From: Selaginella moellendorffii | Taxonomy: Eukaryota; Plantae; Lycopodiophyta | Assembly (NCBI RefSeq): GCF_000143415.4 | Contig: NW_003314302.1 | Span: forward strand, 706,736 to 770,735 | Length of the DNA stretch: 64,000 nucleotides | Direction: 5' to 3' | Shown: positions 14,820 through 28,477 of the stretch, piece after piece | Numbering within the stretch: the first letter of the stretch is position 1 | How the letters are laid out: every line of letters starts with the position of its first letter | Notes under the pieces: generated by a model | Database searches by the model: none | What the model saw: the letters and a program-made list of their open reading frames with translations, nothing else | What the model was told of the DNA's origin: nothing | Program-made: the position numbers and the translations under genes

Positions 14820-15386
14820 TATAAGCAACCAAAGAGAATAATTCAAAAGACAATGTATAAGAGTTTAAATATAAAGGGAAAGGGCTTATGAATAAAAGTG
14901 CTCATTTTTCCAATTATTTAATGGTTTTGGGATACTTAAGGTTAAGTGGTTCTTAGGTTTAAGTAGTATTGGGCTAAATGAACTATTAGGAGGTCCAAAC
15001 TTACGAGTTTATATTTAGTATTAGAGAGGGTCTCGAGTCCGACTCTGTTGGTTGGCTAGGGGAATCACACCACTTGTTGAGATTGACATTTGGTAGGTTT
15101 AATTTGCCTCCAATTAGGCTCGATTTAAGGAATAAAATGTCAAGAGAGTAAAGCTTTTGAGAGAGTTATGACTCTCAGCTTTCATTCACAAGGGTGTGAA
15201 CTTGCAAAGAAGCATGGTAGATTATAAGTAACAAAAGAAAATAACTCAAAATACAATTCATAATCAAATATAGAGGGAAAAGGCCCATAAACAAGAGTAC
15301 ACCCCTTTTTTAATTGATTAAATATTTTAGGCTTAGGTTTAAGTAGTATTTGGCTGGGTGACTTCCCAAGAAGTCCAAACTTATAA
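14820..15386 (+). mobile_element. Decayed full-length Cassandra-type TRIM
   Basis: LTR ~14820-15013, degenerate PBS ttagtattagag, internal region matching 61863-62068, second LTR from ~15223. Confidence 0.75.
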
Positions 15387-15535
15387 TAAGATTGGCCATA
15401 TATATCGGTGTTATCAATATTTTCTAGATTGACATCTTCCATTTCCGAGATAGAAAGCCTTAACAACATCCTATTGATGTTGTTGCAATTGAAGGTTATA
15501 ATACAAATATTCTTCTAAGAAACAAGGAGTTGCAT

Positions 15536-15697
15536 TGTAGCGCACCTTATCTCTCTCCCCTTAAGCCAACTGGAAAAGGGGCAATTGCTTGATGAGAGAG
15601 CCCTTAATAGCTATTTTATCCCCATTTATCCCCCAAGGTTCCAAGGATCCATGGTGATAGTATATCTAAATCTCATCCCATGATCACATGCGCTACA
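15536..15697. mobile_element. Solo LTR of the 9.6-10.2 kb TRIM family
   Basis: tgtagc...gctaca flanked by a perfect 5-bp TSD tgcat. Confidence 0.9.
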
Positions 15698-16849
15698 TGC
15701 ATGAGTAGTAGAGGATTCTTGTGTGAATAAGTTAATGACCCTTCTATCATTCTTTCAAAAGTATTATTAAGGGGTTCACTCAAAAAAGCAATATAGCTTT
15801 CTCACATGATAATACAATCATGGAAATAAGAGAATGAGAATAGAACAAACGGCTCAAATCACTCACCACCAGTTCATGTAATGTTTACTTTCCAAGCTTA
15901 TTTTTATAATAAAATATCTCATATTATTCTCTTCATGTTAGTTGATATAAGTTCAAGTTTATCTTCTATTACTTGGCTTGTTGCCACATGTTGCAATTTA
16001 CAATTATGTTATATGGTAAATTTATATAAGCTCTTACACTCAACAATGAATATCATAGCCAATCTTGTCACATGCTTAATAGCAAATATCATGGGTATGA
16101 CATCCCTATTCTTGACATCAACTTCCATTAGAACAAGATCATCACCCATATAAAATGGAGTTAAGGGTATGTGCAATAACAAATGCTAGTCTTATAATAT
16201 TGAGTTAGTGGAAAAGTGTTATTAAGGGTGGTTGGAGCAAGTGCATACACAACTCCTATAAAATTTTGATGAAGTATTAGCCATAACATTCCTAATTTGA
16301 TCCACTCTAAATTTTTTAGCTCTGCATAAAACAAAAGGCTCTAAAAGCAAATGCCAAAATACATCACTAACTCAGATGACCACTGACAAAGATGATGCAA
16401 TTGCTAAAAGGCATAATTATAATTGTTAGCATATCCAAATGCATGCTTGAAATATTATATAATATTGAAGATAAAACTATAAAATTAATTAATATATATA
16501 ATTAATTTGAGTAGTAAGGTTTTAAAAACATGTTTTAGCTAGTTTAAGAACATATTCTAAATGTTATATTAAATATCACATCAACTTTATAGAGTACCAC
16601 TGGTTGTAACATATATATATATAATGGAATGATGTTGATTAAGCATATTTATGCTCTCTTGCATCAATACATCTTTGAGAATAATTTCAGAAGCATCCAC
16701 CTACAGGATAAAAAGTCAAGTGTAGATAGGATATACCAAAACTAGATGATTTATCAACATTACTTTAAAATTTACAAATACCCACGTACAGTCCTTAAAT
16801 TAGATGAAAGATGATGTGGATAACTTCAGTAGTATTTGCAATGATGTAG

Positions 16850-17450
16850 TACGATTAAAACTATTATTAATAAAATGATTAAAATCTTGCACTTTGCCAA
16901 GGAAGTATTGCACATTGTTCATATACTTCAAAATAGAAAATTTAAGTTTAGTCATGAATTTGTCAACATCAACTTACAAATCTCTGTGAGAAATATGATA
17001 CCCAAAATAAGTTATGTCCTTTAACTTAAACATACACTTTAACTACTTTAGTTTTAAACTAACTTTCTGGTAACCGATTCAACACCTTGTGAATATCACG
17101 AACATTTTCCTCCTATACCCCATGATAATGGATCAAGATATTATCAATGAAATCAGTAATCACTTTTGTCATATTGTAAAGAATCTCATCTATCATCTGC
17201 TGAAAAGTTGCCAGAGCATTATTCATTCTGAATGACATCACTAAGAACTCATACAAACTAAATAGGGTACAAAAGGCAGTCTTGGGAATATCCTTCTTAA
17301 CCATTAGCACTTATTAGTACCCAAAAGTAAAATCCAACTTAGTGAATCAATGGTTTTACCCCAAACAATCTAGAAAATCAATACTATAAGGAAGAAGATA
17401 TATATTTAGGATCATTACATCATTTAATGAAGATATTTTATGTAATAACA
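16850..17450 (-). pseudogene. Decayed gypsy reverse transcriptase fragment
   Basis: ORF 17113-17310: KDIPKTAFCTLFSLYEFLVMSFRMNNALATFQ...FIDNILI. Confidence 0.8.
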
Positions 17451-17499
17451 AATAATCCTATCAAATTTACTCTAGCATTAAACTCTTTAATATCATCAT

Positions 17500-18187
17500 C
17501 TAACACGTGGGTATACCTTTCTTTGGTAACACTGACCTTTCCTAGCCAAATTGGCTCTATTAGAGTCCTCCCCTACTATACTTTTGGAGCACACCAAACC
17601 CTTTAGAGCCTGAGAGATAATCACTTTGGGCTTTCACCCTTGGACTTGGACTTAGACTTCGGCTCAGACTCGGACTTGGTCTCGAACTCGGACTCAGACT
17701 CAGTCTTAGACTTAGATTCAGACTCGATCTTGGTCTCAGTCTCTTTCTTGGCCTTGACCTTGGACTCGATCTTAGGTCCATCCCAGACTTGACTTCGGAC
17801 TCCATCTCGAGTCCATCTCAGACTCCATCTCAAATCCATCTCGGATTCCATCTCAAGTCCATCTCGGACTCCATTTAGGGTCCATCTTAAACTCCATCTT
17901 GGATTCGAACTCTATCTCAGACTCCTTCCTAGACTTGTTCTTAACACTTCTATATATCACACACTTGCCATGTGTCAGTATTTTTTGTATCCTTTTTTAG
18001 AGACTCATTTACTGATTATTTTGCACTCATTCCTTGAACACTTTATTTAGAGTTTCACTCCTGGTCTCGACTTTCCAAGTTAGAGCCTTCGGTCCAAACA
18101 TGTTATGTTTGTTGGACTTCCACTTCGACCACTACTATGTAGCACCCTTTCAACTTTACTTTGGGGCTTAGGGATTTGTGTCTCACA
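17500..18187 (-). mobile_element. Truncated LARD-family LTR
   Basis: Ends ...gggatttgtgtctcaca (reverse complement of the LARD LTR start) and contains the gagtccgagatg tandem repeats. Confidence 0.8.
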
Positions 18188-19200
18188 TCAATAACCAAAC
18201 ACTAAAATGCATAATTAACTCAAATGGCCTTTGACAAAGATATTGGTCATATATATGTCATCTAGTCTAAATATTGCAAAAAGGCATTTATTAATTTAAA
18301 AGAATTATTGATGACTCCTCTAATTTTGGCATATCTTAACTACATTTAACTTTTTATTTTATGTTTCTTATATCAATCTCAAGGGTTTCTTGATGCAAAA
18401 GAGCATGTTGTAGCAAGTTATAATAGCCCTATACTTGGGACTTGACTAATTAAGTTAAATAGGAGGGGGATGATATGGTGAGGGGACAATGCCTTTGTGG
18501 TGATTTCTTCAGAAAATATATGGAACTTGCTCAACTCTTTTGACGCATTTATACCGGTGCTATAGACTGACATAGATGCTGTGGTAAATTCATCCCAAAC
18601 TTCACTTTAAAAACTGAGTTTCTTCCTTCAGGGCTTGGTGACAACAGCTGAAGAGCCATGCCCCTCATCTCCACCAAAAAATGGACCATGGACAAAAATG
18701 ACTTTTAGCTAGGATGACAATCCAGGGATCTAACCTCAAGCCTCAAATCAAGTGTGAACACCCTGTGTGTGCAAAGCACTGGCCCCCTCTCAAGCCTTGC
18801 CTCTACTCTCTCTATCTATCATGCCCAGTACTCACCAAGAACCATCCACTTCAAGAACCCGGCACCTCAATAATTTAAAGTTTATAATGTTTATATTAAG
18901 TTATAATTATAAACTTTAAAATATTAAAGTTATGGCAAATTTTTTATTTTCAAAACTCTCTACACATTATATAGATAAAAACGTTGTGGAGTGTAACCTC
19001 AAATAACAAGAGTGACTACTTAATGTTTTGACTCTTGTATGTGTTTCTGGAAAAACAAAACAATCAATCCTGAGAATGCTTACATATGGAAGTAAACCTA
19101 AATTTCTTCTTCACCTATAGAGCATGTTTCTCTTCACTTGATGATCCCACAAATGCAAGTGGCTTGAAAGATCTGGAGAGTAGAACTTGGGCACTACTAC

Positions 19201-20000
19201 CTAGTTCCAGCAGTGTAAATCCGTCCATGAACCCACACTGTTGAGCTTCGTGTGCTGGAACGCTTCAAATTCATTCCACGTATCACCGAAAGCTGTCATC
19301 GTCCACCCTGATGGGTGAAATAGCTGTAATGGGAATACAAAAAATATGAGATAAAACACAGCTTTTGAAGGCATCCTCCAACGCAGGCTTGATGTGAGAT
19401 TGCTCAAAATCCGTCCCCAGGTTCTCAAAGATGTAGTGAGCCAGATTTTCGGCGCGCCACTCAAAGGTTGTAAGACCTGAACGAAGGAAGTAAGAAAGGG
19501 CAAAGAGGAGATAGGGTTGAAAAACAAGCGGTGGTGAGATCCCCGTCAAACGCTGCTGGTTTCCGCCAAGAAAATTAAATATATAGGAGTTTGTCCTTTC
19601 ACGAAGGAGCAGCTGTTTTCACTGCGGGTGTTGGGATTCTCTGCCCAAAGTGGGAATGCGGAGTTGACATGATATTTTAGTGGGCTTCACTGGAACACCT
19701 CGGCATCGCGAGAATACTTCTTTCGCCATGGAAGCATTTGCAGGCCTCGCGTTTAGCAATGCTTTCATGACAGCTTCGCCCCTTCTGAACCTGAGCAGCT
19801 CTGTCAGCAAAATTCAGGAACAAGCTAGCGTATGATACTCCGAGGTCTGGTGCTTTCTCTCGTCAAGCTTTCGGTGCGTTCCACCAAAGAAATGAGGAAA
19901 CTTGAGCAGAAGAGTCAGAAGAGGTGCTCAAAGCGCATGAATGGCTTTGTGGGAAAATGCAAGGAGACCAGAAGGAGAAAAAAAGGTGTATATACGCAGC
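19201..20000 (-). CDS. Possible small multi-exon gene or gene remnant of unknown function
   Basis: Coding-like GC content and several ORF pieces (19201-19549, 19619-19810); no recognisable motif. Confidence 0.25.
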
Positions 20001-20144
20001 TGTATATACATTCCTGGTGAGAACTGAGAGACTGAGAACCGAGGCAATGCTGCTGAGCACCAGCAAAGTCAACAAATGGAAAGTCAAAGAAGGTCTTTTA
20101 AACAACTGATCCAGATAGACAGGACATATTTTTTACTTCTTTAC

Positions 20145-21060
20145 CTAGGTGATAACAGATTTACCACTCGCCTGCTTGGCAAAAAAGATGGCGAGGTAAT
20201 CCCGGTAGCACACGGCTTGAAAATGCGACTCATCCTGGGCATTGACAAGCTCGGGGACGGGCGCGATCAACAGTCCAGCCGGCGGTGGCTCGAAGAAGCT
20301 CGCGATGGAATATCTGGTGGAATCAGAATTGGCCAACGTGCGATGCTCAGGGCTCTTGTATTTACCATTGCTCATAATCTGGGGTGGAAATACGTAAGAA
20401 GTAAGAACCCAAGATGTACATTTTACCTCGAGTTGGTCTCCCATGGTAACAACGATTGCGCCGGGTAAAGAATGGACGGTGATCCATGCGCCGTCCTTGA
20501 GCACTTGCAATCCAGGCACTCCATTGTTGACCAATAGGGGAATGACATCTAGGTCTGTATGTGAGCGCAGCGCTAGCACGAGCTCGGGCTGTGGGCATGG
20601 AAGATAACGATTCATCAGCATCGAGTGATGGAGTTCCTCTAGGGATTGCTCGATCCGGTTGGATTCCAGGCCTAATCCTCTAGAGACGTATCTCAGCAGC
20701 TTTCTTCCCAGATCGTGCATCGCCTAGCACTGGAATCGCTGGAGAAAAACGATAGGAACGATCAAGATTGCATTCTCAGAAGAATTTGCGCTCACTGGTA
20801 GTGTGGAGGATCGCTCGGGCATGATTCTTTAACGGCATCGCTACACGGAGGATAGCAAAGGCTCTGGAAGAGGAAATCTCTCCAATCCACGATGCTTGAG
20901 TTGTCGAATCTGACTGAGTAGCTGGTGGTCTTGGGGACCAGCGTGGCGCTGAAATATTTCATCCTCACTGCCATGGGAAGACCTTGGCCACCTGGAGCAT
21001 CCCATCAACAATCTCCTGCACCACGCCGTGAGACTTCTTTGCAACACCTTGTGGATCTTT
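20145..21060 (-). pseudogene. 2-oxoglutarate/Fe(II)-dependent dioxygenase (DOXC class), N-terminally truncated and frameshifted
   Basis: Motifs WRDFL, NRYLPCPQPE, HTD (HxD), GLQV, GDQLE|IMSNGKYKSPEHR, RYSIASF (RxS). A 48-nt intron at 20379-20426 lies at the conserved position. Upstream exons are out of frame. Confidence 0.85.
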
Positions 21061-24000
21061 GATGTACTTTGAAAGAAACCATTCCATATGCAAACTTTGT
21101 TTATAATGTTTATATTAAATTAGAATGAACTCGCTAGTTTAACTCTTCAATTCATGAATTAAAGAATGGTTTGCACTCAAAAGGGCTCATAAGTAAAAGT
21201 GCACCCCTTTTTTCAATTAATTAAAAGTTTTAGAATATTTAAAGTTTAAGTTCATTATAACAAAATTGAGGGACGAACCTTCACAATAAAGAAAAATCAT
21301 ACAGGGAGTTTCACATTCCCACTATTATGAGAGATTTATATATTTTATCATGCTGTGATCATTTCATTATTGAAGCGGAAAAATTTAGTTAGTTATACTA
21401 CTTGATAAGTTTTGACATTTAAAAGAAATAATTTTGAGGTTATTCATTGCTTGAGGAATTCTATAACTAATGTTAATGCCTTTCTTAGAGCTCCTCTCCC
21501 TTCTCGTGTTCTTGGCAAATAAATTATTCTAGCATCAATGAATTTTAGAATTCTAGGCCATCAATGGTTGTTATACTTGATATTTTGTATCTACAAGGTC
21601 TAAAGCTAAAATTACCTTCTTTTGATGAAATTCATGAGGCTCAAAAGGTCAAACTATGGATTCAAAGACTTCAGATTCTTGTATCACTTATTGATGTTTT
21701 GCTATTTTAGTATTTATATTTTCAATATCATTATGGATAATCTTCTTTACTTTATGTGAGACACAAATCCCTAAGCCCCAATGTGGAGTCGAAAGGGTGC
21801 CACGTGGTAGTGGCCGAAGCAAAAGCTAAACGAGCGTAACACGTTTAGACTAAAAGCTCCGACTTGAAAAGTCAAGAGTGGGAATGGAACTCCCAACGAA
21901 GTGTTCAAGGAACAAGCACAAAACAAGCAATAAGTGAATCTCTAAAAAAGGGATACAAAAGGACTAATATATGACACGTGGAAGTGTCCAAGATGGAATC
22001 TGAGATGGACCCAAGATGGAGTCTGAGATGGACCGAGATGGAGTCCAAGATGGACCCGAGATGGAGTTCGACATGGACTTGAGATAGAGTCCAAGATGGA
22101 CCCAAGATGGAGTCCAAGAAAGACCCGAGATATAGTCCGAGATGGACCCGAGATGGGGTCCAAGATGGACCAAAGATGAAATCTGAGATGGAGTCCGAGA
22201 TGGAATTCGAGATGGAGCTAAGATGGAGTCCAAAATGGACCCGAGATGGAGTCCGAGAAGTCCGAGATAGAACCGAGATTGAGATTGAGACCGAGACCAA
22301 GACCGGTCTCAATCTCAATTTCGGTTCCATCTCGGGCTTCTTGGACTCCATCTCGGACTCCATCTCAGCTCCATCTCAAACTCCATCTCGGACTCCATCC
22401 GAGTCCGAGTCTGAAGTCAAGACCAAGACCGAGTCCAACTCCGAGTCCAAGTCCGAGTTCGATTACTAATACAGGTTGTTGGGTGAAAGCCCAAAGCGAT
22501 CGTCCCCCAAGGGGGGGGGGGGGGGGGGGAGTTGCTATAGGGGGTTCCAAAAGTATAGTAGGAAAAGTGTGGGGGTTGGACTCAGTAGAGCTAATTTGGC
22601 CAGGAAAGGTTAATTTGGCCCAAGAAGGTTATACCCAGGTGTTGGGTGATGAGATAACCATTGGGAAGTCTAATGCTAGAGTGAATATGGACTAACAAGC
22701 GGGGTAACTTGGTGAAGTGTTTAAGAGTCAGCTCTAGTTCCCCCGGGAGATCGAATGGTCAATGCTCTTAATCCAAGCATGGGTGGCACTACCTACTTGG
22801 ATACATGGCGTGGTTCAATGGATCTCGCTCTAAGCCCATGGCTAAAACACTCAAAGGCAGAAGGTGGGGAGAGTACCTATGAAGCTTGCATAGCGCCACG
22901 GTGTTCCAAAATGTTGTCCCAAAATCCTAGATTGTGGAAAGGAAAAGGAGCAGTCCTCTAGTGGAATGATTAAAGATATGGGCATATGGTGAGGAAGTCC
23001 CAAAGGACAAGTGGGACTTAGTGGTCGAGCCTGCAGGCCTTGATCCAGTGGCAATGTTGACAAACACGGCCATGAACAGAAAAGGACTTGGTGGGGACTG
23101 AAAAAGGGATATTGGGGAAGATTGTTCCCCATGTTAGTAGGCATCCTAAGGATGCTAAGGAGTGGATTTGGGATGACTACTCATGGACGGGTGGCCCAGT
23201 CTTGGAAAGATGAGACTGTGATGCAGGTGGTATTAGACCATTAGTGTGGCAAAGGTGAATGGGCATAACTTTAACGTAAAGGGCTAATATGTTGATGGTA
23301 CCTTTGGGTGTTGGTTGTGGGATTGGACACGTGGAGCACTTGGACCAAATGCAAAGGTTGAGTGGCATGAATGCCATTCTTGGGCTAGCAAGCCCCAAGT
23401 CCTAAATTGGACTTATGGAGGTTGTAAATGAGACTCCTCCAAATGGTCAGAGGTGTGGTTAAATGATTAAAGTAGAATGGAAAAATTAATCACTTATAAT
23501 TTGGTATCAAAGCTATTCCTTAGTTTAACTTTTATTGGTGCTCAACTATATCACCACTGGTGTTGACATCGGAAGGTTCTAGAGTGGGCATATCCTTAAG
23601 GGGTAGTAGGTCGGGAAAACATGGCTCTCCACTACAGTTCATGTGTGAACTTGACGGCAAGGTGGTGGATAGAAAAGTGCCAATAATGGAATGATTTTGG
23701 GATCATGGGAACAATATAAAGTTTTCTTCAGAGAGTTGAGGATGTGATCCAGATGAGTGTTTGACTTAGCAAACTAGCTATTATAGTTGTGGTAAACAAC
23801 TATAGTTGAGATCATAGGAAAGATAGAAACTCCAAAACAATAAAGGAGTCACAAAATTATCCTCATATAGTTGAAGTTAATACTCATGAATTTAAGACCA
23901 GAAATAATGACCGTGAGAGGTTAAATATAGATGAGGACACAAGTCCTTGAAATGGTAGCCAAGGCTATTTTTTATAAATGCTAGAACAAACCCAAGGAGT

Positions 24001-26436
24001 TGGGGGTGTGCTTAGAGGATGAGTTGGTATTTTCATCATATGAACGGATAGTCTTAAAGGGCAAAGGTAGCCCATAGAAAATTGGGAATAATCAAGTGTC
24101 AAAGAAATACTTGCAAATATGGTCCTTGTGAGTAGGACATGAACACAAGAAGATGTATTCTACTGAATTGACACCTCAAAAGTAGAACCTCATGGGTTAT
24201 CAGATTAGTTAAGTCCAAAAACCTGGATGACCCAAGTAAAGTTCGGGGATGGTTTTAAAGGATTGGTAGAAGCATTTGGACTGAGGTGTGTTGTGCCCCA
24301 CAAAAGATGGGGAGGATCATAAAATTTAAATATGAAAATAGTGGGTATCTCATTGATGGTAAAATGTGCTATATTAAAGTCGTGGGAAAGATGTTCCTAG
24401 AAGAAAACAACTTTGACACAAAGTTGTGTGTAAACTCTATGAGGTAGTGCTAACAAATAGTTGGCATGATAAAGAATTGTATTGGTCTTGGCAAAGACCT
24501 AGACACAAGTACAAAGTGTCATAAAGGTAAGTTTGTGGAGCCAATGGTGTAAAGACACCGAATGCACCAAGGCGTGATGCCTTGAGGTCAAGTTGGCAAA
24601 TCCATAAGAACCCCTTCCCAAAGGAATCCTAATGGAAATGGGAATGGCATAGCCTAAGCTAGAAGGCATATGATTAGAGTGTGGTGACCCAAATAATGAT
24701 GGAGATATGTGTAAGCAACCAAAGAGAACGACTTGAGAGACGGTTCATAGGGTTCAAATATAGAGGGAAAGGGCCTATGAATAAGAGTGCACCCCCTTTT
24801 CTAATCGGTTAAGGGTTTTGGGATATTTGGAGTTAAGTGTCCTTGGGTTTAAATAGTATTGGGCTGGGTGACTGTAAGCCACAAATTTTTCCTTTCCAAT
24901 TTGCCAACTTACCTCGACTATCCATCCAACTCTGCCTTGGCTTGTGCTAAGTTCCCTCGCCAAGGTTCTCGCCTATGGTATCAGCTCCTACTTGGTCCTC
25001 ACCAAGGTTCTCGCCTATGGTATCAGCTCCTACTTGGTCCTACTTGGTTTCAGCTACTCACTGCATGAGAAACGGAGTGTTAGCCATCCATCTACGGATT
25101 CCCAAATCTCTCCCAATCCCCCTCCCCAGGTTAGACTGGACTTAAGGTTCGGCTACACTCCCCGCAGGCACAAGCAGCCAAGCACACCAAGCCTCCAGAT
25201 TCCTAACACCCCTTGGTACCACAAGACTTGATCATGGGACCCTCTAAATCCCAAGCCTTGGGTGCAGCACTTGCTTCGGGACGTCGGGGCGAAACACCGT
25301 GGCCTAATGGCCCGGTATGGGTACCTCTACCCCCCCACTTCCATCCTGAAGGGAAGGCCCAAGCCCCTAGGAAGGGCGAGGACCAATGAGCCACAAGGTA
25401 CTCAAGTGGGGCACCACTCCACCTGAGCCGGGAGCACCGCAGTCGGTTTCCCTTTCGGGAGTGGGAGCTGCTCTTGAGCATTTCCCTGGGTGGCCCCTCC
25501 GGCACCACCCAAGCCCATGCTCACTCCCACCCAAGGCCCCTCGGCCCCAGTCTCAACCTCAAGTCAGTTTGGAAGCACCACTGGAGAGTTCTTTCAAGAC
25601 TGGTTCCTGGACCTCACTATCCCTACTATACTTTTGGAACCCCCTGCAGCCCCCCCCCCCCCTGGGAGACGCACGCTTTGGGCTTTCACCCCTTGACCCG
25701 TATTAGTATTTGGACTTAGTCTCTGGCTCGATCTCGAACCCGATTTCGGATTTGGTCTCGGACTCGATCTCGGACCCGATCTCGGACCCGACCTTGGACT
25801 CGACCTCAAACTCGGTCTCAGACCCAATTTCGGATCTGGGACTCCGTCTCGAACTCGGTCTCGAACTCGGACTCGAACTCGGTCCCCGAGTCGGTCTCTG
25901 ACTCGATTCCGGACTCTATCTTGAACTCGGTCCTAGAGTCGGTCTTGGACTCGATCCTCGACTTGGTCCCATCCGATGAACTCTTTGTCATTTCGGTCAA
26001 GCTTTTGGGGATCCTTTAGCCTACGACATCTCGGGGAGTCGGTTCCTTACAACTCCACCACCCATAGAAGAAGTTCGATGCCCATATCGAACGTCTTTTT
26101 TCATCCTACGACTTGTTGACCATGTCTCCGGGGGCATCCCCCCACTTAGTGGTGTGCCTAAGTTAGCCTCCCCGGCCAAGAGCCCATGACAACGGAATAT
26201 AGGTGTCCCTATACTCCTCACCTCACCACGCCCTAGTATGGGGTCGGGATTTGAACCCAGCCTTGCTTTACTAGGGGGTTGGGACTCGAACCCAACCTCC
26301 GTAGAATACGTTTACGGATTCGACATCCCCGCGGGGAGTCGGGTGTAGTGCCCTACACCTGGTCGACCTATCCAACCCATGCTAATTAGCTTACCTTTGG
26401 GGCGCCTTTGGGTCCCAACATATGCCACTTGCTCAA

Positions 26437-28035
26437 CTTTGCAAATTGATATTTTAATTGAACTTTGCATAAGTACATAGAGTTCTACCTTGCAGAAATT
26501 CCTCCACTAGATCTTGCGTGTTCGCTAGGTTCTCCTTCGGTTCCCATGTTGCTTCGCAGTGTGGAAATCCTTTCCACTTCACATGGAACTCTCTCACCTC
26601 ACGTCCTTGTCGCTTGCTCTTGCGCGCATTGAGGATGGCCTCGACTTCGTATTCCTCTTCCCCTTGGATAACCTCAGGTAAAGGTCTCACTTGGTCCTTG
26701 CGAAGCGGATCCTCAAAGTACGGCTTGAGTAAGTTCACGTGGAACACTGGGTGCATCTTCCCCATCTCTCGAGGAAGTCGGAGACGGTAAGCCACTTTAT
26801 CGATTCGTGCCTCAATCTCGTAAGGCCCCGCGAACCTGCTTAAGGAACTCAAGATCAATTCATTTATAGAAATACATGCATCTTTACCTTTGGGTCAACT
26901 TTCGGCTGATCCCACTTGGTAGTCTGAGGTTCTTGGTGTTCAGCCACACCATCTCCCCAGCTTGGAACTCTACATCCCGACGCTTCTGGTTCGCGTATTT
27001 GGTTTGCCTTTGGTGAGCCCGTTCCAAGGAATCCCTCACTAGATTACAAATACTGAGTTTTTCCGCCGTGAATGCCTCCACTGCGGGCAACTCTCCATGA
27101 TACTCGGCCATGCCGAGTTCCACAGGACCTTCAATAGCTCGCCCATTGATGACTTCCCATGGACTCACCCCGATACTCGAATGTGGTGAGTTGTTATAAC
27201 ACATTTCCGCAAGTCCCAAATGACTTACCCAATCGGTCTGGTCTCCCGAGACATAGCATCGCAAATAATCCTCCAGCTGCCTATTCACCCTTTCCGTTTG
27301 TCCGTCTGTCAAGAAGTGTTAGTGCCAACAACTTGACTTAATACCCCATACCTGTCTGTGGGTGATAGGCTGTGCTGAATTTCAACTTGGTGCGATACTG
27401 TTCTAGGAGAGTCCTCCAAAACCTACTGGTGAAGATCTTATCTCGATCTGAGATGATCTCTTCCGGTCTTCCCCACACTCGAACCATTTATTCGAAGAAT
27501 AGCTTCACCACACCTTCCGCATCCACCTCCGTTGTGGTGGGTATGAAATGTGCCATTTTCGAAAATCGCTCCACCACCACAAATATCGCATCAAACCCCT
27601 CGCTTGGGGGGAGTCCCGTGATAAAGTCCATCGTAAGACATTTCCACGGACGATCTGGAATGGGGATGCTTTGCAACAAGCCCCCACTAGCCTTAGTCAC
27701 GGCTTTTACCTGCTGACATGTTGGACATGTCTTTACATAGTCTTGGACGTCCTTAGCCATATCTGACCAATGGTACTTCCTCTTGAGTAAGCCCATCGTC
27801 TTGGGCACTCCGCCGTGTCCCGCAAGAGGTCTGTCATGACACTCTTCTAAGACCACCTTCCTTAGTTCCCCTTCTAGAACATACACCCTTGTTTGCTTGT
27901 AATAGATGAGTCCGTTGCGTTCCGTATAGCCTGTTTTCTCTTCCGTTGGTAGCTCACCTCTCTGGTGAGCTTCCCGTGCCTCTAGATTCCTCAGCAACAC
28001 TTCTTGTGCTAGACCATCGTTCTCATATGCTGTCC
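26437..28035 (-). pseudogene. Integrase plus chromodomain of the outer chromovirus, containing introns
   Basis: HHCC zinc finger (CHD..AGH..C..C), [25 protein letters not shown], chromodomain EYEVEAIL..VKWKGF..ATWEP. Nonsense codon at 27488. Confidence 0.93.
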
Positions 28036-28477
28036 AAGCTCTATTTCGTTAAAGTGGGAATTGTCATTATCCCACTTGTAAAATAAGGTTTCCAAACCTT
28101 TATATAGTATATAAATATAACAAAATTCAACTGTATTGAGGCACATGCCATTTTATTTTAAACAAGGAAATGTCTACTCAATCACTTCTCCTCCCCCTGC
28201 CACTGCTTCACCTCTCTCTTCTCCTTGTCATCGTCATTCAATTTCTTTCCATCCTTTTAATATTGGCTGAGTTGCTCCGAGTCTAGATGGAGCCCAAGTC
28301 CCCATTCAATCTTTACTTTCCCCTTATTAATAAAACAACTTCGTAGACTTCCAATAACATGCTGTAACACTTCTAGTATAATGCAAATCCTCTCAAAGAA
28401 TTGTCTTTTAATATTAATACAATGGCATGGAACCCCATGCCATAATAAGTTACATTTTTAAATAAATACATGCCATC

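Noticed and set aside
24960-25040. 40-bp tandem duplications (also 50827-50915, 50975-51066, 59928-60012)
   Set aside because: Copy-specific local duplications, ordinary for decaying TEs.
26366-26394. Fourth intron (gtaagc...ggatag) after the integrase
   Set aside because: Only ~27 nt, and no conserved reading frame is available to test it.
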